From Sphagnum compactum (lineage: Eukaryota), in the NCBI GenBank assembly GCA_965153455.1, contig OZ234494.1:8928001-8992000 (forward strand): 64,000 nucleotides of DNA. Direction: 5' to 3'. A program made the translations under genes and the position numbers. The notes below the pieces were generated by a model that was not told the origin of the DNA, made no database searches, and was given only the letters and a program-made list of their open reading frames with translations. Of the stretch, positions 25,506 through 35,531 are shown piece after piece. Positions within the stretch are counted from its first letter, which is position 1, and the number at the start of each line of letters is the position of its first letter.

Positions 25506-27625
25506 TCTTGATTCAAAGCTCTTGATTCAAAGACCCCACAAGAAGCGTGGACCGGTACAAAGCCGAATGTATCTCATTTGAGAGTTTTTGGTTGCAAAAC
25601 ATTTGCACACATTCCAAATGAAAAGAGAAGCAAATTAGAGTCCAAATCCATACCTTGTGTGTTTCTAGGGTATTGTGAAGAGACCAAAGCATATCGCTTA
25701 ATGTGTCTAGAAACCAAAAGGATCATTAAGAGCCGAGATGTTGTGTTCCTTGAAGGGACGGAAGAAGTAGAAGGTGTTCGTGATAAGAGACCCCTTTCAA
25801 ACCAAATAGAACACCTTATTGTGGATGAAGTCGATGAACTTGTGAAGGATGTTAATCCTATATCTTTGAAGGCAAGACCAGGGGAAGACGTGGAAGGTGA
25901 TGAATCTACAACAAACTCTTCTTCGGAAGAAGAATTTGCTTCATCACAAGACAAAGGTTTGAATGAACCATAACAAGATGGACCAAGAGAAAGGCCCCAA
26001 AGACAACGTAAGGAGTGGCCTCGTGATTGGTGGGTTGCCACCAAAGAGGTGGAACGAGCCACCATGGCATTTTCGGAAGAACCCCAAACCGTGGAAGAGG
26101 CGTTGAATTGCGAAGATGCAAAGAAGTGGGAGATTGCCATGCAAGAAGAATACGACTCTCTTCTTGTCAACAACACTTGGTCCTTGGTGCCACTCCCCAA
26201 GGGTAGAAAACCCATTTCTTGCAAATGGGTGTTCAAAATCAAACATGGGGTCGATGGTGAAGTCGAACGGTACAAGGCGAAACTTGTGGCAAGAGGATTC
26301 ACCCAAACATTTGGAGTCGATTACAATGAAACTTTTGCACCCGTTGCAAAGTTTGTGTCAATTCGTTGTATCCTTCCACTAGCGGCCATTGAAGACATGG
26401 AGATTCATCAAATGGACGTCAAAACTGCATTTCTCAATGGTGACCTTGAAGAGGAGATCTACATGGAGCAACCCGAAGGATTCACACATGAAGATGAACA
26501 TCTTGTGTGTAAGCTTCACAAGTCATTGTATGGCTTGAAATAATCTCCAAGGGCTTGGAACCAAAAGCTAGACGATTTCTTGAAAAGCATCGAGTTTACG
26601 AGAAGTGATGCGGACTTTAGTGTGTATGTTGCGCAAGTCGAGGATGTGAAATTTTTCATCGTCGTCTACGTCAATGATCTCATCTTGGTGTGCAATAATA
26701 AGGACAAGCTTTTGCAAGTGAAGGAAGAACTTTCTCGAAAGTTCGAAATGAAAGATCTTGGTGATTTGCATTTTTTCCTTGGCATGGAAGTGGAAAGGGA
26801 TCATGCACAACGTCTTCTTTACATCAACCAAATTGGGTATCTCAAGGAGATTCCCAAACGCTTTCGCATGGAGGATTGCAAAACCATCGCAATGCCACTT
26901 GATCCCAAGACGAAGTTGAAGAAGAATGTGAACAAGGATGATGAAATGGTGAAGGTTCCTTATCACAAGCTGTGGGATCCTTGATGTATGCCATGTTGTG
27001 TATTCGACCCGATTTGGCATACCCAATAAGCGTGGTGAGTCAACACATGGCCAATCCAAGCCTAGAACATTAGATTGCGATGAAACGCATTTTTCGATAC
27101 TTGTAATGCACATTGTAATTCAAATTACGCTTCGAAGGATTATCACCCCAAGATGTGGTCGGATATTGTGATGCAGATTGGGCCGGTGACCTTGAGGATA
27201 GGAGATCCACCACAGGGTTTGTATTCATGATGGGAGGTGGAGCCACTTCGTGGAGTAGCAAACGACAACCCACAATCGCTTTGTCAACGATGGAGGCCGA
27301 ATACATGGCAAGTACACAAGCTACCAAGGAAGCCATATGGATGACAAAGCTCATGAAAGAATTAGGGTACATGAAAGAGAAGAAGGCGATGGTGATTCGA
27401 TGTGACAACCAAGGTGCAATATCATTGACGAAGAATCCTACTCAACATGCTCGAACAAAGCACATCGATGTTCAGCATCACTTTGTTCGAAAACAAGTTG
27501 AAAATGGCGAAGTTACGTTCGAATATTGTTCAACGAAAGAGATGGTGGCGGATGTGCTTACCAAGGCATTACCGCAAGAACGACATTACAAATTGATAAG
27601 CATGTTCGGATTGGAAACTTCATAG
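25506..27625 (+). pseudogene. A2 integrase C-terminus, reverse transcriptase and RNase H
   Basis: [26 protein letters not shown] (normally YVDD), [21 protein letters not shown] motifs; TAA stops at 25971 and 26541 at positions where CAA is expected; ends FGLETS*. Confidence 0.95.
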
Positions 27626-27633
27626 AGCGGGAG

Positions 27634-28142
27634 TGTTAGAAATACTATTCGTTTCTAATTCCCGATGTTGATGAATGTGTGAAACATTCATCAAAAGGAT
27701 GAATAGTATTCACATCCTTATAGTAGTTAGGTTAGGTTGAATAGTGGTGGCTAGGGTTTGAAGTGGAGGTTACTTACGGCTTGGCGGCGGCTAGGGTTAG
27801 GGTTTGGCGGCGGCTAGGGTTAGGGTTTAGTGGTGGCTAGGGTTAGGGTTTGGTGGCGGCTAGGGTTAGGCGGCAGCTAGGTTAGGGTTAAGTGGCGGCT
27901 ACTTTAGGGTTAGGAGTTAGTATATAATGGAGTGGTTTTGAGTAGTCTTTCATTCTCTCCTTTCATGGTTTTTGAGTGCACATAGAACCTTCAACCTTTG
28001 TTAGTTGTTGCAAGCCATAGTTTTGTGATTGTAGCATTTGAAGCATACAACCTTTGTAATCTTCTTGTTAGTTAATACAATTGTTCCATTTCATGAACCT
28101 TGAAGCTTTCATTTCTTGCTTGTTTTCAAGTTGTTTCCAATA
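27634..28142 (+). repeat. 3' LTR of the A2 element
   Basis: Preceded by PPT AGAGCGGGAG, followed by CAAAG. Confidence 0.97.
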
Positions 28143-28585
28143 CAAAGAAGTATGTGTGGTTATTAGACTTTGGTTTCCATTTTCAAAGAATCCACTAAGT
28201 CCATCATGGTAACCCTAACAAATAACTAGCAATAGCATATTGGAAGTAGTGCATGCTAAAACTTGTTGAAGGCTGAGATCATGTTGAATTGGGGACTATA
28301 TTTTGGCAAGTTCACTTAATTTATAGGCTTCTAGGGCTTACGGTGCTACTAATCAATGTTGTTGTGTGTAATTTACACATGCATCACCTGTAGATGTGTA
28401 GATGTGTAGATGTCATTCCAATTGCATCACCTGTAAGCTCTGATCTCTTTTCCAAACTTTGATGCTAGAACTTTTTGTATCCAGTTTTTTTTCACAATAA
28501 TTCTTGGAGATGTTCTTGGATGATCCCAACTGCAAGTGTCATAAGATTCTTTTCCATGTTATCAAACTAGATCTGGTATAAAATG

Positions 28586-29075
28586 TGTTAGAAATACTAT
28601 TCGTTTCTAATTCCCAATGTTGATGAATGTGTTAAACATTCATCAAAAGGATGAATAGTATACACATCCTTGTAGTTGTTAGGTTAGGGTTTAGAAGTGG
28701 AGACTACTTAGGGTTTGGCGGCGGCTAGGGTTAGGGTTAGGCGGCGGCTAGGTTTAGGGTTTGGTGGCGGCTAGGGTTAGGCGGCGGCTAGGGTTAGGGT
28801 TTGGTGGCGGCTAGGTCAGGGTTAAGTGGCGGCTACTTCAGGGTTAGGAGATAATATATAATGGAGTGGTTTTGAATTGTCTTTCATTCTTTCCTTTCAT
28901 GGTTGTTGAGTGCACATAGAACCTTCAAGCTTTGTTAGTTGTTGCAAGCCATAGTTTTATGATTGTAGCATTTGAAGCATACAACCTTTGTAATCTTCTT
29001 TTAGTTAATACAATTGTTCCATTTCATGAACCTTGAGTGTTGCATTTCTTGCTTGTTTTCAAGTTGTTTCCAATA
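28586..29075 (+). mobile_element. Solo LTR, family A1 (490 bp)
   Basis: TG...TA ends, TSD AAATG on both sides, no PBS or PPT. Confidence 0.97.
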
Positions 29076-29469
29076 AAATGGAGGGATTAGCATTACTAAT
29101 TATAATGATTGTATTCATTGTGTCAATCCTATTTCCTTTTATGTCAAATCCTGGTGCTCTATGGTTGCTTGATTGATTCATGGAAGTTTATTTGCAACAA
29201 GTATTGCAAAGTCAAATGAGCCCAGTCATTCAAATCAAGATCCTGAAACCATCAAGCAGCTCAAGCCTTATGAAAGTTGATACTAAGCAGAGACCAAAGA
29301 ACTTTTTTGAGGGAAGAGAAGGTTGTTTTCTATGCAACATGCAAGTGCATGCCCAAAAGGTTGAGAAGTGCAAATAGAGTTGAAAGAAGCAATCCAAGCC
29401 CAAGCAAGTTGAAGGAATAAGGAGGGGAGGTGCTAGTAGCAATGGCAAAGGTTGGAAGAACAGTAGCAC

Positions 29470-29571
29470 TGTTAGAAATATTATTCGTTTCTAATTCTCA
29501 ATGTTGATGAATGTGTCATTTCATGAACCTTCAGTGTTTCATTTCTTGCTTGTTTTAAGTTGTTTTCAATA
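29470..29571 (+). mobile_element. Internally deleted solo LTR (102 bp)
   Basis: Both LTR ends retained with about 390 bp of the centre missing; flanks AGCAC / AGGAC. Confidence 0.85.
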
Positions 29572-30535
29572 AGGACATGTAAAATTAGAGATGCTAAAGA
29601 TTGAGAAGGGGGAGGGAAGAATTTTTTTTGTAGATGTAAAGGCTTAGCTCCCACATGCATAGAAGCTCTAGGCCATTGTTGAGGCAGAATATGGTCGAGT
29701 GGAGGCATCCCTTGACCAAACCCCCAAGCTGTTGTAAAAGGCACAAAGGGTTATAAACGAAGACAAGGCCTTGTATGCAATGTTGTCTGCGCAAGTCATG
29801 AATTGGAGGTGGTAATCATGTCAACGAAGATGTGTTTGGAAGCGACAACAAACCTCCACAATGCAGTGGAAAGCTGACTCCAAGAGGTTGCTAGCAAGGT
29901 GTTGATTGCTAACCTTAAACCTATTTAGCACACCGCCATACGTCACACAACAAAGCCACTGGCCCTGGTTGTCAGCCCTTGCACTATATGTTCCTATTGT
30001 TTTCAAGGGCTGGACATTGTAGTTGCCCCTTGTTAGTGCATGTACCACTTATGGTACGTGGGATTACACCTGCAAGTGTCCCACACTTCTGCCCGAAAGT
30101 CGTGTGGTGGAGCGTTCAACAAAGTAGGCCTGGTGCACGAGCATGGGGATGAAGAGGTGTGGTGATGATCAAGGTGATGCATAAGCCGAAGGTATTGTGT
30201 TAAGTTCTAGCCTGAAGTTGGTCCAAACCCATAGACATGCATGTACATCTATTATGGTTTTGGTTGCATTATGTGTGATAGTTGTTGGTGGTGCTTATAC
30301 AGCAGATGCAGAAAAAGCTAGCCCCATGGGCGTTTCTAGGCTCCACTTGGGCTCCTTACATTGCTAGTGGGAGCCAAGGTGCACAATTGCCAAGTGGTAG
30401 CCTTGTTTTTTGTCAGAGCTATAGGAGGAAGACAACTATTAGTTGGGTGTCTTTTGCAAGCAACAACAATGACAAAGCCTAAAATCTAGATAGAGATAAT
30501 GGGTTGAAGAGGATTAGACATTGTTAGGATAATTT

Positions 30536-31037
30536 TAATGGAAACAACTTGAAAATCAAGCAAGAAATGAAACACTCAAGGTTCATGAAATGAAACAATT
30601 ATATTAACTAATAATAATCAGAAAGGTTGTATGCTTCAAATGCTACAATCACAAAACTATGGCTTGCAACAACTAACAAAGCTTGAAGGTTCTATGTGCA
30701 CTCAAAACCATGAAAGGAGAGAATGAAAGACTCTTCAAAACCACTCCAATATATACTATCTTCTAACCCTAAAGTAACTGCAACTTAACCCTAACCTAGC
30801 CGCCGCCTAACCCTAGCCGCCACCAAACCCTAACCCTAGCCGCCACCAAACCCTAACCCTAGCTGCCACCAAACCCTAACCCTAGCCGTCGCCAAGCCCT
30901 AAGTAGCCTCCACTTCCAAACCCTAACTACCACTATTTAACATAACTTAACTATTATAAGGATGTGAATACTATTCATCCATTTGATGAATCACATTCAT
31001 CAACATTGGGAGTTGGAAACAAATAGTATTTCTAACA
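30536..31037 (-). repeat. 3' LTR of the outer element
   Basis: Family A LTR in reverse, adjacent to the PPT and the pol stop at 31046. Confidence 0.95.
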
Positions 31038-31045
31038 CTCCAACT

Positions 31046-32859
31046 CTATGACGTTTCTAATCCGAACATGGTTATCAACTTATGATGTCGTTTTTTGGAT
31101 AATGCCTTGGTAAGGACATTCGCCACCATTTGTTCCGTTGGACAATATTCAAATCGAACCTCTCTGTTTTCAACTCGTTCTCGAACAAAATGATGTTGTA
31201 CATCAATGTGTTTTGTTCGTGCATGGCGAGTGGGATTTTTGGTCAATGATATCGCACCTTGATTGTTGCATCGAATCACCATCACCTTCTTACCCCATGT
31301 ATCCTAAATCCATCATCAATTTTGTTATCCATATGGTTTCTTTTGTGGCTTGGGTGTTCGCCATATACTCTGCCTTCGTGGTGGACAATGCTATTGTAGG
31401 TTGTCGTTTGCTACTCCAAGAAATGGCTCCACCTCCGATCATGAAAACAAACCCTGTGGTGGACCTCCTATCTTCAAGATCACCACCCCAATCGACATCA
31501 CAATATCCAAGCACTTCCTTGGATGGTGTTGCACCGAATTGTAATTTCATTTACAACGTAACTTGCAAATATCGAAAGATTCGTTTCACGGCCATGCAAT
31601 GCTCCATGCTAGGGTTGGCCATGTGTTGACTCAACACACTTATTGGGTATGCCAAGTCAAGTCATGGCATACATCAAGGACCCAACCGCTTGTTGATATG
31701 AAAATCCCTTCGAATCATCATTTCCATTTGGATTCTTTTGTACTTCACTTTGGGATCGAATGGAACTCCAATGGGCTTACATTCCTCCATTCCAAAACGT
31801 TTCAATATTTCCTTAAGGTATTTGATTTGGTTGATGCCTAGGAATCGTTCATCACAATTCCTTTCCACCTCCATTCCCAAAAAGAAATGCAACTCTCCAA
31901 GGTCATTTATTTCAAACTTTTGACTCAACTCCTCTTTTATTTGCAAAAGTTTGGTTTGATCGTTGCAAACCAAGATGAGGTCATCCACATAGACCACAAT
32001 GAAAAACTTCACATCTCCTGCTTGTGTTACATACACACTAGGATCGGCCTCACTCTTCACAAATTCAATGCTTTTGAGAAACGCATCTAACTTTTGATTC
32101 CATGCCCTTGGAGATTGTTTCAAACCATACAAGGATTTGTGAAGCTTACATACAAGATGTTCACCTCCTTGGTGCACGAACCCTTGAGGTTGCTCCATGT
32201 AAATTTCCTCTTCAAGCTCGCCATTGAGAAATGCAGTTTTGACGTCCATTTGATGAATCTCCATGTCTTTCAAGGCTGCCAATGCAAGAATACAACGAAT
32301 AGATGTAAACTTTACGTCGGGTGCAAAGGTTTCGTTGTAACCCACTCCGTAGGTTTGGGTAAAACCCCTTGCCACTAATCTGGCCTTGTAGCGTTCCACC
32401 TCCCCATTCGCGCCTTGTTTGATTTTGAACACCCATTTGCAAGAAACGGGTTTCCTACCATCGGGAAGTGGCACCAAAGTCCAGGTGTTGTTTGCCATGA
32501 GGGAATTATATTCTTCTTGCATTGCGCACTCCCACTCCTTGGAATTTTCACATGTCAATGCTTTTTCAATATTTTGGGGCTCTTCCAAAAATGCAACGGT
32601 GGCACGTTCCACCTCCTTGGTAGCAATTCACCAATCCCGAGGCCATTCCCTTCGTTGCCTTTGAAGTCTTTCCTTTGACACATGTTGTGAAGGTTCATTC
32701 GAAACATCAAATTCTTCTTCTGATGAAGAACTTGGTGTGGATTCACTTTGCAGCCCTTCCATTATTGTTCCATTCAAAGGTGTATCACGACTAAAGGTCA
32801 ATGGTTCTTCTCCTTCAGCTTCTTTGTTCACAATTTCATGCACAACTACATTTTTTACT
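31046..32859 (-). pseudogene. Outer element integrase C-terminal linker, RT and RNase H
   Basis: ORFs 32628..32843, 31674..32612 (YVDD), 31290..31550 and 31046..31285 are collinear with the intact pol. Confidence 0.95.
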
Positions 32860-33262
32860 TATTGGAAATTACAAAGGTTATATGCTTCAAATGCTACAAT
32901 CATAAAACTATGGCTTGTAATATCTAACAAGGCTTGAAGCTTCTATGTGCACTCAAAAACCATAAAAGAGAGAATGAAAGACTCCTCAAAACCAAACCCT
33001 TATATACTATCTACTAACCCTAAAGTAGCCGCCACTTAACCCTAACCTAGCCGCCGCTTAACCCTAGCCGCCACCAAACCCTAACCCTAGTCGTCACCAA
33101 GCCCTAATCCTAGCCGCCGCCAAACCGTAACCCTAGCTGTCACCAAGCCCTCTCAAATCTACCTATGTCTTTGATTGCTTGCAACACTTATCTACCACAT
33201 TGTTTCTACTATCTACCACACCATTATCTACGTTTCTAACATCTACATCATAATCTTCAACA
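32860..33262 (-). repeat. Family B 3' LTR (chimeric with family A LTR)
   Basis: Minus strand TGTTGAAGATTATG...TTCCAATA; first approx. 120 bp unique, the rest homologous to family A LTRs. Confidence 0.92.
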
Positions 33263-34372
33263 CTCCCACTTTGCAAGTAATCTAAGACTCCCAATCCCAT
33301 GCTTCTTGTAAGGTTTTGATGCCACTCCTTTGCCAATGCCTTTGTCAACACATCCGCCACCATATCTTGAGTTGGGCAATACTTGAGGCCTATTTCTCCA
33401 CTCTCCAACTTCTCTCGAATGAAGTGGTGTTGTATGTCAATGTGCTTTGTGCGAGAGTGGTGGGTAGGGTTCTTTGCAGGTGCAATGCATCCTTGATTGT
33501 CACACATGATGCTTGTTGCTCCATCTTGCACAAGTCCCACATCCACCATCAATTTCCTCAACCATATGGCCTCCTTGATGCATTGACTAGTGGCCATGTA
33601 TTTGCCCTCCGTGGTAGACAAGGCAATAAATTGTAGGTTGTCTCTTGCAATTTCATGAGACGGCTCCCACTCCAATAAAGAACACATACCCCGTGGTGGA
33701 ACGCCGCTCATTTGCATCTCCACCCCAATCGGCATCACAATATCCCCTCAAACTAATATCCTTGCCTCCAAGGCACAATTTCAAGTCCAAAGTGCCCTTC
33801 AAGTACCGCATGATGCGTTTCACCGCCATCCAATGGGAAGGACCAGCTCTTGACATGAGTTGACTCACCATGCTCACCGGGAATGCAAGATCCGGCCGTG
33901 TGCCCACCATGGCATACATCAATGATCCCACCATCGCCTTGTATGGAATGCCTTGCATCTCCTGTTGAATGCCTTGAAACTCCTCCTCCGTGAGCTTCAA
34001 GAGCTTGGAATTCACATCAAGCGGAGTTCCGATGAGCTTGTAATTCACATCAAGCGGAGTTCCGATGGGCTTGCACTCCTCCATGTTGAAGCGCTCGAGC
34101 ACCTCCTCAATGTACTTACTTTGGCTCATGGTTATGGTGCGGTTCGCACGGTCTTTCTCAAACTCCACGCCAAGGCAATAGTGCAACTCTCCAAGATCAC
34201 TCATCTCAAATTCATCTTCAAGCCTTGACTTCAACCATTTCAAAATGCTCACATTGCTTGCTAAGATGATCAAATCACATAGATGATCACTATCAACAAG
34301 TACTCACCCGTTTGCTTGACGTACAAAGAATGGTCCACTTGGCTCCTAGAAAAGCCTTCGTGGGTGAAGAAC
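33163..34372 (-). pseudogene. Family B RT C-terminus and RNase H
   Basis: FEMSDLGELHYCLG, GYCDADWGGD and RTKHIDIQHHF motifs; YVDD destroyed by a small deletion near 34278; 33-bp in-frame duplication at 34001-34066. Confidence 0.93.
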
Positions 34373-34861
34373 TGTTAGAAATACTATTCGTTTCTAATTC
34401 CCAATGTTGATGAATGTGTTAAACATTCATCAAAAGGATGAATAGTATAGACATCCTTGTAGTTGTTAGGTTAGGGTTTAGAAGTGAAGAGTACTTAGGG
34501 TTTGGCGGCGGCTAGGGTTAGGGTTAGGCGGCGGCTAGGTTTAGGGTTTGGTGGCGGCTAGGGTTAGGCGGCGGCTAGGGTTAGGGTTTGGTGGCGGCTA
34601 GGTTAGGGTTAAGTGGCGGCTACTTAGGGTTAGGAGATATTATATAATGGAGTGGTTTTGAGTTGTCTTTCATTCCTTCCTTTCATGGTTGTTGAGTGCA
34701 CATAGAACCTTCAAGCTTTGTTAGTTGTTGCAAGCCATAGTTTTATGATTGTAGCATTTGAAGCATACAACCTTTGTAATCTTCTTTTAGTTAATACAAT
34801 TGTTCCATTTCATGAACCTTGAGTGTTGCATTTCTTACTTGTATTCAAGTTGTTTCCAATA
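34373..34861 (+). repeat. 5' LTR of the intact element
   Basis: TGTTAGAAAT...TTTCCAATA. Confidence 0.99.
34495..34647 (+). promoter_or_regulatory. LTR promoter: TTAGGG/telo-box and GCC-box array followed by TATA box
   Basis: Repeated GGCGGCTAGGGTTAGGGTTT units, then TATATAA at 34641-34647. Confidence 0.7.
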
Positions 34862-34875
34862 GGTTATGGGCCCAC
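34862..34875 (+). promoter_or_regulatory. Primer-binding site (half tRNA-iMet type)
   Basis: GGTTATGGGCCCAC directly after the LTR. Confidence 0.9.
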
Positions 34876-35531
34876 ACCAAGCAAGAGAAAGGACATTGTG
34901 TTAGAACAAGAAGTAGTGAAAGGTTTGAGCTTGTATTGCATAGGAAAAAGGAGAGAATCCTTTTGAGACAAGGTTCTTAGTTTGCAAAGGGAGAGAGAGT
35001 TCATTTCCAAGTGGTGGCATACAAGGAGCTTGCAACTTTTCCAAGTGAGTGGGAGGTGTGGAAGAGACTTCTTCAAAGTGTTGTAAGTTCTTAAGTGTGG
35101 AAGAGTGTTCTTCAAGTCTTTAAGTTTCAAGTTTGAAGTTCAAAAGTGTGAAAGAGAGTTCTTCAAGTTTTTGAGGTTTCCAACATTGAAGTTTGAGGTG
35201 TAAGAGAAGTTTTTCAAGTTTCTTGTAAGGTTTTTAGGAAACTTGTTTCGTTTAAGTTTTTTGAAAGTGTTTGCTTGTACAACATTGAAAGGGAGAATCC
35301 TTTTGAGGGAAGGCTTTTAGTTTGCAAGGTTGCAAAGAGAATAGTCTTACAAGTGAGTGAGAGGTGTGGAAGAGATTTCTTCAAGGTGTTATAAGTTTTT
35401 CAAGTGTGAAAAACTTGTTTTTGAAAGTATCAAGGTTTTCCAAGTGAAAGTGTTTGGAAGATAGTTCTTTTAGTTGTTGAAAACTTCAACTTTCAAGTTT
35501 GAGAGTGTTTGTTGTAGCATTTGTGTTCAAA

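Larger units (their letters stand above)
7843..28142 (+). mobile_element. Copia subfamily A2 element split by about 15 kb of internal foreign/nested DNA
   Basis: Two 509-bp LTRs (7843-8351, 27634-28142) share private variants (GGAGGTTACTTACGGC, TTCAACCTTTG) and differ at roughly 9 substitutions plus 2 indels. TSD CAAAG at 7838-7842 and 28143-28147. PBS at 8352; PPT just before 27634. Confidence 0.85.

Noticed and set aside
34495-34634. True telomere or chromosome-fusion scar
   Set aside because: The TTAGGG units are interrupted by GGCGGC and always sit at the same position inside LTRs.
35499-35531. Upstream TTG start of gag-pol given by the ORF track
   Set aside because: Eukaryotic context; the conserved AAAATG at 35532 is the likely start in all family A copies.
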